Below, piece after piece: positions 1-10,572 of a DNA stretch of 46,619 nt (position 1 is the first letter of the stretch; each line of letters opens with the position of its first letter). The notes beneath the pieces were generated by a model. It was not told the origin of the DNA, ran no database searches, and saw only the letters and a list, made by a program, of their open reading frames with translations. The position numbers were made by a program, and so were the translations under genes. Location: assembly GCF_000142905.1 (NCBI RefSeq), contig NW_013657673.1, positions 571,976 to 618,594 on the forward strand. Direction: 5' to 3'. Source of the DNA: Thecamonas trahens ATCC 50062. Lineage: Eukaryota > Protista > Apusomonadida.

Positions 1-2547
1 CACGCCGCACCTGGCTCTCATCTGCTCCGGACGATGCGGCCTGCGTCCCGTGACTCTAGCACGTTGCTGACTCGTCGTCTCAGTCCGATATCCACGTCCC
101 ACGTACGCACCGAAGGTCCAACGCAAAGAAGATGATAATCTCGCATGCTGAGCTTGCTGCGTCATCGTACGACTCACATAGAGACAAGGCGTTGTAATGC
201 GTCAGCAAGCGCGATCATCCTCGTCGTATGTTCTGATCACTTCGCCGATCTACAGAAGCATTCTCTGTGCCGCTCCGAGCAGGAAATGTCGTCCTACTCG
301 GCATCGTCGTCCGGCTCCCGGGGTCCCTCGGCCGTCGCGGACTCGTTGTATTCGGCGGATGTCACGACCACCTACGCAGCGAAGTCGGGCACGACGGGCA
401 AGAAGGGCAAGAAGGGCAAGAAGGGCAAGAAGGGCAAGAAGGGCAAAAACAAGAAGGTCGCGGCCGCAGAGGTCTCTGATGGCTCGGCGGGCGACCACGC
501 TGCACCTGCGCTTTCGTCTTACTCGGGCGATGCGGCCGGCTACCAGGGCCTCTCGCCCGTGGCGGACTCGTCGTATTCAGCTGATACCGCCACCAACTAC
601 GCACCGAAGCGCGGCAAGAAGGGCAAGAAGGGCAAGAAGGGCAAGAAGGGCAAGAAGGGCAAGAAGGGCAAGAAGGGCAAAAGCAAGAAGGTTGCGGCCG
701 CAGAGGTCTCTGATGGCTTGGCGGGCGACCACGCTGCACCTGCACCATCGTCCTACTCGGGCGATGCGGCCGGCTACCGGGGCCTCTCGCCAGCCACCGA
801 CTCATCCTACTCGGCCGATGCTGCCACCAACTACGCACCGAAGCGTGGCAAGAAGGGGAGGAAGGGAAGGAATGGCAAGAAGGNNNNNNNNNNNNNNNNN
901 NNNNNNNNNNNNNNNNNNNNNNNNNNNNNNNNNNNNNNNNNNNNNNNNNNNNNNNNNNNNNNNNNNNNNNNNNNNNNNNNNNNGGCCGCAGAGGTCTCTG
1001 ATGGCTCGGCGGGCGACCACGCCGCACCTGCGCTCTCGTCCTACTCGGGCGATGCGGCCGGCTACCGGGGCCTCTCGCCAGCCACCGACTCATCCTACTC
1101 GGCCGATGCCGCCACCAACGACGCACCGAAGCGTGGCAAGAAGGGGAGGAAGGGAAGGAATGGCAAGAAGGGCAAAAGCAAGAAGGTTGCGGCCGCAGAG
1201 GTCTCTGATGGCTCGGCGGGTGACCACGCTGCACCTGCGCCCTCGTCTTACTCGGGCGATGCGGCCGGCTACCGGGACCTCTCGCCCGTGGCGGACTCGT
1301 CGTATTCAGCTGATGCCGCCACCAACTACGCACCAAAGGCCAACGCAAAGAAGAAGAAAATGTCGCGTGCTGCGCTTGCTGCGTCGTCCTACAACTCACC
1401 TAGAGACACGGCGTTCTCATCGTCACCAGCGGGCTCAGCCTCGTCGTATGGTACTGATCACCTTCGCCGAACTACAGAAGCATTCACTCGCCGCTCCGAG
1501 CGGGAAATGTCGTCCTACTCGGGCGATGCGGCCGGCTACCGGGGCCTCTCGCCCGTGGCGGACTCGTCGTACTCAGCTGATGCCGCCACCAACTACGCAC
1601 CGAAGCGCGGCAAGAAGGGCAAGAAGGGCAAGAAGGGCAAGAAGGGCAAAAGCAAGAAGGTCGCGGCCGCAGAGGTCTCTGATGGCTCGGCGGGCGACCA
1701 CGCCGCACCTGCGCTCTCGTCCTACTCGGGCGATGCGGCCGGCTACCAGGGCCTCTCGCCCGTGGCGGACTCGTCGTATTCAGCTGATACCGCCACCAAC
1801 TACGCACCGAAGCGCGGCAAGAAGGGCAAGAAGGGCAAGAAGGGCAAGAAGGGCAAGAAGGGCAAAAACAAGAAGGTTGCGGCCGCAGAGGTCTCTGATG
1901 GCTCGGCGGGTGACCACGCCGCACCTGCACCATCATCCTACTCGGGCGATGCGGCCGGCTACCGCGGTCTCTTGCCAGCCACCGACTCATCCTACTCGGC
2001 CGATGCCGCCACCAACTATGCACCAAAGACCAAGGCAAAGAAGAAGAAAAGGTCGCGCGCCGCACCCGCCCCGCTGTCCAGCGAGTCTTCAGGCGATCGC
2101 GCGACGCCGCCCTCGCTCTCGTCTTCAACGGAGAGTGAGTATTCGACCGACATGGCGATGTACTCGCTCCGCAACCGGGAGCTTTCGTCGTATTCGACCA
2201 ACGCCCGCGCCGCGTACCGTTCTCGCTTGCCGCCAACCTCGAACACGTCGTCATTTCTTCCGCCACGCCGTCGCAGACACATCCACCCGTCCATGTTTGA
2301 TGCCGACACGGACTACGTCGACTTTCTGCGCCCGGGCGAGACCACCACTGCGCTCACCCGCGAGCCGTCGGCCTCGCCGCGCGCCGGCCGCTACCCGTCA
2401 CGCAACTCGCACAAAGGTCGCTCCGCGCCCTACTCACAGTCGTACTACTCGGACGACGCCTACTCGGACTACGGCTACGCCGTCTCGCTCCGCATCCCTA
2501 TCCACGCCGACCAGACCTTCCGGCCGCAGACCCTCACTCTCGAGTGA
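1..2547 (+). CDS. Low-complexity tandem-repeat protein: (GKK)n Lys-rich blocks alternating with Ser/Ala/Asp/Tyr-rich units; 5' partial, spans an N gap
   Basis: Frame of ORF 145..2547 is open across about six copies of KVAAAEVSDGSAGDHAAPAxSSYSGDAAGYxGLSPxxDSSYSADxATNYAPKRGKK, with a unique C-terminus and TGA at 2545-2547. Bases 1-~300 are a noisy copy of ~1225-1520, so the true start lies upstream of the window. Confidence 0.7.
397..2050 (+). repeat. Coding tandem repeat: ~200-240 bp units containing a variable-length 9-bp minisatellite (GGCAAGAAG)n
   Basis: GGCAAGAAG arrays at ~397-444, 613-678, 1609-1647 and 1816-1863; unit anchor gcggccgcagaggtctctgatggc recurs near 460, 694, 985, 1189, 1663 and 1879. 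Confidence 0.95.
884..983. other. Assembly gap (100 N)
   Basis: Run of N inside the tandem repeat. Confidence 0.99.
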
Positions 2548-2596
2548 TTGTCTTCATTCTCGCTACTTCCTCTCCCTCGCATCCACAGTGAAATCG

Positions 2597-5500
2597 TCAG
2601 AAACGCGGCGTTGGCTTTCGCTTGCCTTTCGGCTTGGGCGCGGGCTTGGGCCTGGGCGCAACCGCTGGCTTGGGTGCCGGCTTGGGTGCCGGCTTGGGCG
2701 CGGGCTTGGGCCTGGGCGCAACCGCCGGCTTGGGTGCTGGCTTGGGTGCTGGCTTGGGTGCTGGCTTGGGCGCAGTCTTGGGTGTCGGCTTCGGCAGCGG
2801 TTTCGGCAGTGACTTGGCAACCGGCTTGGCAACCGGCTTGGTAACCGGCGCCGTGCTTGGCCGCGGCAGCGGCTTGGGCTTGAGCTTGGCAGCACTGGCC
2901 GCTGCCGCCGGCACAGGCTTGGCCGGCAGAGGCTTGGCCGGCAGCGGCTTGGCCGGCAGCGGCTTGGCTCGCTCGGCGCTATTTGCAGGCTGGACCTTGG
3001 GCGACGTCCGCGCTGCGTTCTTGGACTTGGACTTCTTCTTCTTTTCTGCCGACGACGGCACCGGCGGTAGCGGCGTACTGGCCTTTGCCCGCGCCATCGC
3101 ATCCAGCTGCGCCGGAACCGCCACAGCCACGGGCGCGGCTGCAGGCACCGGCGCTGGAGCGGACGGCCGCTTTGTCCGCGACTTGGTCTTGGGCGGCTTG
3201 GAGCGGAGCGGCGTGACCTGGATGTGGGTGAGCGGCACCACACCCTCGGTGGCCCCCATCCGCACTAGAGCCCATCCGTCGTCGTACCGCTCCAACACCA
3301 ACATCTCCATCCCCATCTCCATCGCGAGCTCGTCGTCCGATCGCGGCTCGAACGGATACAGCGCCTTGGCCGCCACCGTGCCGAGGTACGACGTCGGCAT
3401 GACACCGGGCTCGGCGTCCTGGCGTCCCACCGCCACAACCTCGGACCACCCATCCGGAAAGTGCCGGAGGACCATAAACTCGTCGCCGGCCGACACACCC
3501 ACAAGCTCGCCCTCACTGGCAATGCCCGAGAACGGTGCAATCGCCCGCATCAGCGGCGTGTCCACTGCCGGTCCACCCCGCCCCGCTCCTGCAGCCAGAG
3601 GCGCGTGAGCCCCCGCTCCCGCCACGGCAGCACCAAAGCTCTTGCCCACCGTCGACACTGTGTTCGGCACGGGGCAAGCATGTCGAGTGAATACGGCTGC
3701 TCGTCACCATACGGTGACGCAATCGTGAGGAGGAGCGCGTTACGCGCCGCCGCCCGCCGGCGCATCGCCACCACTCCTGCAAACACCGCCAGGCAGACAG
3801 CGCAAGCCGACGCGCCCACAACCACAAAGAAAATCGTCGATGACGTCATCGACTCGTCCTTGGACGGCGCCGCGCCAACCTGCGCTGCGCCGGCCGAGAC
3901 CTGGCCAGTCCCGCTCGCCGCGTTGTCGCACGGGCCAAGGCAGTCACGCGCTGCCGCAGGCCGCGCCAGCTGGTCGCATGCATCCTCCGGCGCCTCAGCC
4001 GGCGGCGTCACCGCCATGTCCTGGCACTTGATGACTCGTGTCTCTTGCCCCAACTGCGCGCACGCCGCCGGGCACGTACTCCACGAACCGGCCACCCACG
4101 TGTGGATTGAGCACACAACCCAGTGTTGCAGGTCTGCTGCAGCGCCGGCATGGGATCAGTGCAGAAGGTGTCGGCCACCACAGCCGATCCGTCGCGGTAG
4201 CACGTCGCCGTCCGGGTCTGGAGCCCTTCCGGGCCGCACGGCTCCGAGCAGGTGGTCCACCCCGACGTCACCCATGCATACGTCGGGCACGCCTGAGTAT
4301 TGCATATCTGCGTCGCTGCCGGCTGCGTACCGGCGTCACAGTTGGCATCGGCCACCGTCGAACCTGTCGACGACTCGCACTCGACCGTCCGGCTCTGGCT
4401 CCCCCCGCCGCAAGCCACCGAGCACGAGCCCCACGAGCCGGCCACCCAAGAGTAGGTCACACACACCTGCGAGTTGCACGACTGACTCGTCGCTGGCTTG
4501 CTGCCGGCGTCGCAGTTTGTCTCGGCGACAATCGTCCCGGTCGCCGACTCGACGCAATCCACGCTGCGGCTCTGGCTTCCGCCGCCGCACGCCACCGAGC
4601 AAGCGCCAAACGACCCAGTCTGCCACGAGTACGTCGCGCACGACTGGGTGTTGCATGCCTGGCTCGTCGACGGCTTGGCCGCCTCGATCTCGCACAGTGC
4701 ATCGTCGATGACCGTACCTGACGCCAGCTGGCACGTCACCGGACGAGTCGCGACACCACCGCCGCAGCTGACTGAACAAGCGCCGTACGTGCCGACAGAC
4801 CAATCAATGGTGTCTGGGTACCAGTTTGTCGTCATCGAGATGGCGTTGTTGAGCGACCGCGCGTTGTCCGAAACGTCCGCCACCCCGGTCGGCTGTCCGT
4901 TGTGCGTCCGCAGCGGCGACGAGTGGTGCTTGACCCGCGTGCCCGGCGAGTACGCCATGGCCGACCGGTACGCATTGCCACTCCAGTGATGCCCGAGCGA
5001 GTAGGGATGGAGCTTCACACCGTCGTTCGCCAGGTCATGGTTACATCCCATGTTGTGGCCGTGCTCGTGCGCAAAGGTGTAGTACCCCACAGCGCACGAC
5101 TGCTTGCACACCGCCACCGCGTACACCGGCGACTGGTTCATCGACGTTGCCACATACCCTACGCCACACGATCCGCCGTGTGTCTGCGTCCACAACGAGC
5201 CGATGTCTGCGCCGTACATAGCCCGGATCGAGGTCACGTCCGAAAACACCCCGTTGTTGTTGCGAAAGTCGGTAAGCATGTTCGAACCCGAGCTCAGCTC
5301 GGTGTACGCATACTCCTTGGTGTACACAATCCGCATGTGCATGTTGACGCCAGAGTTCTGGTAGATCTCATTCGATTCGGTCTCGCCGAGCAGAATGTGC
5401 GCCTCAGCCGCCGACGTCCCGCCGCGCCCGTTCTTCATCGCGGTCGTGTACGCCACAAACACGTCCAGGATCGGCACGCCGCCCGCAGTCGTGTCGTCCG

Positions 5501-6676
5501 ATGCTAGCCGGTTGGCGGCGTCGCTGGACTCGTCGTCCGCCATCGCAGCGTCGGCCGGCGGAAGCACAGACTCCTCGTCAGGAAACCGCTGCTGGTCGAT
5601 GGTCCGCACCTTGTGCATCGGGTCTGGGTCATTCTCGCCACTTCCATGGTACCGAAGCTGATAGTGCTCCAGCGGGGCGCTCGGGTCCTTGTGGGCCTCG
5701 TGGACAAGGTTGGCCACCACCACGTGCCTGTGCACTACCAGTGTCGCAGTTCCACACGCCTGGTGCGCCATGGCGTCCTTGGCCGCACACAGCAGCGTTG
5801 CACTCACCGCGAGCGCGTTGTGCAGCCGGCGCGACGTCGACGTGACCTGGACCCGGAATATCTCCTCGTGAACTGCCATCTCAAACTCGATGCCCGGCGC
5901 CAGCGACTCGGCAAGCTCCGGGTCGACAAACACCGCCTCTCGCCGCACAACCTCGTCGTCAATGGGCGACGCCTCGTCAAACGCCAGCGCAGGCACTGTC
6001 GCCTTTGACAACAGCGGGCGCACGTTGCCACGGTCGTCACCCGCAAGCCCGGTCGCCACGTACTCACCCGTGTACACGGCACGCTCAAACGAGCTGTCGT
6101 GGGCCAGGCCTGCGTCGCTGCGCATCTTGCGCTGCTCCGTCGCGGTGTATGCGTATGCCACGTTGGGCTGGAGGCCTGCAAGCTCGCGCGGCTCGACCTC
6201 CCACGCTCCTGTTGCGCCGTCGGCCGCCACATGAGCATCGCCAGCATACCGCGCCGTCGTGCGGGCCACCACGCTCCCGTCCTTTGCCACCAGCTCGACA
6301 GCAAACGAGGTACGGAACGGATTGGAGCCCATCACCAGGCCGTGATCGATGCGAACCGCTACGGAAAGTCACCCCCAGATGCCAGCCAGCCACGAAACAC
6401 ACATATACGACAGCAATTGCATCAGGCCCACCACGTTGGTCAATCACCACCACATACCACACACAGCATGGTAGGGAGGTGGCGCAACAATGAGGTACAC
6501 GTCGTTCATCGAAATGTTCATCGAAAATAGGTTTTTTTTTTGGAAGCGTTGGTGACGGGAAAAAAAAGGGGGGGGGCAGAGTGAGTCGGTTGGACGGCCG
6601 TGCTCCGCCCACCGTGCGTCCGTCAGAAGAGGTCTCCGAAGGTGTGACCGGAGCAAGCACGGCGGGGGGGCGGGGG

Positions 6677-6707
<31 letters not shown>

Positions 6708-6768
6708 TACCTTGGATTGTGATAGAGAGACAGACAACAAACGCGACTAGTACAACCACATTGGCCAT
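2597..6768 (-). CDS. Type I membrane zinc metalloprotease, ~1,270 aa: signal peptide, prodomain, reprolysin/peptidyl-Asp (M12B/M72-like) domain, 5 TSP1 repeats, TM, 2 SH3 domains, PKPA-rich tail
   Basis: Exon 1 6768-6711 (MANVVVLVAFVVCLSITIQ, donor GTACGT) joins in phase 1 to the acceptor TAG at 6361-6359; an extra small exon near 6530-6457 is possible. Zinc motif HEHGHNMGCNH at ~5069-5037 with Met-turn YRSAMAY. WxxGxxxxCSVxCGGG TSP1 repeats. TM TIFFVVVGASACAVCLAVFAGVVAM-RRR. SH3 motifs ALYPFEPRSDDEL...DDGW...EGVVP. Joins ORFs 4008..6335, 3550..4116 and 2597..3670 through 1-nt frameshifts at ~4120 and ~3672. Confidence 0.85.
2630..2970 (-). repeat. Coding Pro-Lys-Ala repeats (PAPK, PKPL, PAKPL), including a 60-bp tandem duplication
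   Basis: ggcttgggcgcgggcttgggcctgggcgcaaccgc occurs at 2631 and 2691; ggcttggg/ggcttggc units run throughout. Confidence 0.9.
6677..6704 (+). repeat. (GA)n microsatellite in intron 1 of the protease gene
   Basis: gagagagaga... directly visible. Confidence 0.9.
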
Positions 6769-7256
6769 GGTTGGTACTGTTGGAGTGGAATGGCAATGGC
6801 CTTGGTCGTGTGGTGGCTGGCGCGTCTGTTCGGCTCCCGCGAGCCCATTTCCGCTGTTTTCGGCTCATTTGTTGCATAATATTGGTCACTGGTCGTAGCC
6901 ATGATTGAGGATGGTTGGCGGTGGAGGCAGCTGACGGTCGAGTGAGTGCTGGGTGCGTATGGCGCGTATATAGCTGTAGCTGTAGGCTGTCGCCATGCAC
7001 AACAGCTATTCCATCCGATGGAGTCGCTGTCTGTGCAAGCATCAAATAGGGTGACAACCATGAGCATCACGGCCATCCTTCTCCATCCTCCTTCTCCATC
7101 CCTCCCATGGCTACCCCCCCCCCCCCCTCCCCTCGAGCCCAGCGACGGTCGGCGTGGCATCGACCTTGACCTCGTCCCCCGTTCCCGAGCTCCAGCTCTG
7201 GCCAGTCACCTCACTACGCGACGGTAGCGCCACACGTCGCCAACCCACCGCCAGCC

Positions 7257-9532
7257 ATGACCACCACAGTATCCGCAATTGTCGTGGTTGTGGCCGTGGT
7301 GGCTCTGGCCACCTCTACCGTTGGGCATGGCGGAGCAGGCGGAGCAGCAGGCGGAGCAGCTCGCGGCGGCAGCGGGCAAGGAGCAAGCAGCCCACCGGTG
7401 ATGCTGCCGTACCATGTCGAGGTTGTTCTTGCTGGACGAGGATGGAAGGAAATTGGTGTGGAAATGGCTCCTGCGGTGGCTGCGCTGCTCTCATCGGTTC
7501 ATCCTCTTCATGTTCCCTGGCTACTGGATGGGGAGAGTCCACGGAGAGTGAGGGTTGGACTGGGCATGGCATACACGGCAAGAGTCACTCCAGATAACGT
7601 TGATGAGGGCATTGCATCGCTCATTACTGCACGGGCCATGTCAGCAGATCGGAACGGCGATACGGTGGCTGTGCCGCGGGGCGATACCGGGACGGCCGAG
7701 AGTGACGTCCTCGTCGACGATGTCCGCCTCATCGGCGCGGAGGAAGTCGAGGCCTTTATCAACAAGAACGTGGTGACGGCTGCTCCTGCGGCGAGCGCCG
7801 ATGTCCAGCATGCGCTGCCGCTGCTGGGTACGGTGGTTTTGTGGCGCCCGGTGTCGACGCTTCTGTTGGCGCGTACGGCTACAGCTACGCCGGCGAAGGG
7901 GCGACGTCGGCGTGGGTCGGGGCATCTGGCCGGCTGGTGGTAGTCGACGTCGAGGCCGCCGTCCTCGAGTTTGGCCGCATCGACCACGGCCCGTCGTCTG
8001 TCCTCCGCTCGACCTTTCCGCGCCGATCCGGTACGCTCGAAGCCGGTGCGCTGGCGCAGACCGTCATTTCGGCCATGGAGCGGGTCTTTGCTCCGGACGT
8101 GGTTCCGGCAGCGACGCCGCTCCGCGCACTCAAGCCCGACTCGGCGGCTGACAAGGTCCTCGTCTCAATTGTCGAGTTCCACGACTCGGTTGTCGCCGAC
8201 AACGCGTATGTGCGTGCGGTTGACGTAGAGGCGGTCTTGGCCGAAGCCTCCAAGCTGACGACGCCGTGGCGGTCGGTCCTTGTGGCGCACGGGCGGCACG
8301 GGCTTCACGACCACAAGCACGTGGCTATGGCGCTGCAGCAGGCACTGGTCGCTGGCTCGCGGATGGAGGCTGTCACGCGCACAGGCGACCGCGCTCAGTC
8401 GCCCGAGTACACTCTCGTCTCGCGGCCGTACATCGACGCCAACCTCCTTCGCGCTGCGCTTGCAGAGGCGTCGGACATGCTCGCTGGCGGCCTGCTCGAA
8501 AACTCGCCATACCACTCGATCCTATTTGAGAGTCGCGGCGGCGAGGCCAAGCCACATGCACGTGTGGTGCCTGTCTACGTCTTTGAGCTCGCGCGGCTCC
8601 CGCGCGGCGTGTTGTTTGGCGACGGCTCACGGGTGGTGGCGTTTGATGACTGCGTCCTAGTCCTGGCGCCGCAGGCTGAGACTCTGCTGCCGCTGTTTGA
8701 CGTCAGCGGAGTCCGGACGGCAGTCTCGCGCAGAGTTATGCGCCCGGTGCTGGCCGGCATCGCTCGCGCCGTCGCCGGCCTCGTCCCCTACACCGAGGCC
8801 TGGTCTGCGGCACGGGGCAAGATCGAGACCTCGTACCAATGGGCAGTAGGCGGGCATGCGTACGGTGAGTTTGCGCGTGGGTACGAAAGCCTTGGCGACG
8901 CCGATGGGGTGCGAGGCCGGGTGCTGATGAGCGAGGCGATGCGGCACATGGACACTGCCGTGTGGCTTTACGAGAGTGTCGTCGACGCAGCGGAGGAGTT
9001 TGCGCGCGAGCTAATGTACAACGCGGCTGGCGATGATCTCTCGCACAGCCACGCGGCGACGATGCTCGGCGAGCGACTGTTCATTGACCGGCTCTTCCAC
9101 TACCGCTACGCCGAGGTGCTGGTCGCCTCGTCGCGGGTCCGCGAGACGGTTGCCTACCTCCATGACGAGCTCGCCCGCGAGGAGGGCGCCATCCGAACCG
9201 CGCTCCTGGCGTGGATGGATGGCGCGCCTGGGTACCTTGAGCTTGTTGTTGATGCCCGCCGGCGTATGGACGAGTTTGCGGCGCGGGCGGCGAGCACGCT
9301 GCAGCAGGCGCGCGCCGATCTCGAGTGCTGCGAGTTTGTGCACGAGACGGCGCCGACCAACATGACGACTATCTCGTCGACAATGCCGCTCATGGTTGCG
9401 GTCATGGTTGCGGTCATGGTGGTTCTCGTCCGCCAAAAGGAGCTTGATGTCCACCGGATGCAGGATCGCCACGACGTGCTCTTTGCCCGCCGCGCCCGCC
9501 GCGCCCGGCTCAGCGGCCCCTCCCGCCGGTGA
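7257..9532 (+). CDS. Conserved uncharacterised type I membrane protein resembling plant At4g16180/At3g28720 family, ~760 aa
   Basis: Hydrophobic N-terminus and C-terminal TM (PLMVAVMVAVMVVLV). Motifs AWVGASGRLVVVD, FAPDV, RVVPVYVF, WAVGGHAYGEF and LECC match this family as recalled. ORFs 7257..7943 and 7841..9532 join by adding one T to TTTT at 7837-7840. Confidence 0.7.
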
Positions 9533-9566
9533 TACCCTCGCCCTTCTCGCCGCAGAGCTCTTAGTC

Positions 9567-10303
9567 TCAATTGAACGACAGCGCCGAGCCGCACGTCGAC
9601 TTGAGGCACGAGAGCACGATCTTGCGCCCATACGGAATGTACGAGAGGTACAGCCAGGCCAGCGCCGAGACCTGGACAAGGACCAAGACGACGGTTGTCG
9701 GCCGGGCCTTGAGCACCAGCGCTGAGTAGAGCGTGCAAGCCAGCGAGAGAAAGTAGACAATCGACGCGCCTCGCCGTGATGCCTTGCACATGTTCGTCAT
9801 GTACCGTGCCGGCCCCACAAACATCATCGACGACAGAATCGACAGAATGTTGCCCAGCGTGTACACCAGCGCAAACTTGTACAGCCTCAGCGTTGTCAGG
9901 TACGTCGTCGAGAACAGCGAGAGAATCATCCCAAGACCAAAGGTGATGACAAAGCCGTAGAATCTCTATCCCCCCCCGAAGCCAGCATCAGCAACAATCA
10001 GCAGCATCGACACCAGCCGCCGCCACAGCCAGAGCAACAGCAGCCAGCCAAGTCAACAGCCCAGCCACATGCCCAGCCACAAGCCCAGCCGCATCCACAA
10101 CCACAACCACACATGTTCCCGCCCACACATTCCGTGAGTCCATTCCCATTCACCCCACGCTCCCCTTCGCGCTCTCACACCCTCGCGCCCTCGCGTTGCC
10201 GTACCGTCGACGTTGACATAGTGAGCGAGTTGTTGAGCTCACCAAGAAAGCCACCGGCCTCCTCATCCACCGGCGGCGGCTGGGAGGTCCGAAACCACCT
10301 CAT
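9567..10303 (-). CDS. SFT2: Vesicle transport protein SFT2/Got1 family (SFT2D-like), 165 aa, 2 exons (10303-10205, 9965-9567)
   Basis: Intron GTACGG...GATAG in phase 0 gives MSTST-RFYGFVITFGLG; motifs KFALVYTLGNILSILSSMMFVGP and WLYLSYIPYGR; four TM segments. Confidence 0.92.
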
Positions 10304-10572
10304 GCTCCCGCGGCACAACCACCAAGACAAGTGGTAGTGCGTCGCGAGAAAGGGCAGTCAACTGCCACCACCCTGCTCACGGCCTTGTCGGTGCCTACCC
10401 CTCGCCGCGCTCGCTGGGCGAGCTGGCAAGGAACGCCCGCTCGATTTCACGGCCTTTTCCTGGAGATGACAAACTGGCAGGCGATCGTGATCAGGCTCCG
10501 GTTCCGGGCTCGGACTTGGGGCACGTGCGCACGTGCTTGGCGTCGGGTGCGGCATCACCAAGACTCGTCGCC

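Noticed and set aside
397-2050. CRISPR-like array of regularly spaced repeats
   Set aside because: Whole units are repeated with no unique spacers, they maintain a reading frame, there are no cas genes, and the context is eukaryotic.
197-2812. 871-aa Arg-rich, protamine-like ORF
   Set aside because: Alternative frame of the GKK repeat gene; it stays open because of repeats and high GC.
6900-7250. Small ORFs between the divergent protease and membrane-protein genes
   Set aside because: No recognisable motifs; more likely a shared promoter/UTR region.
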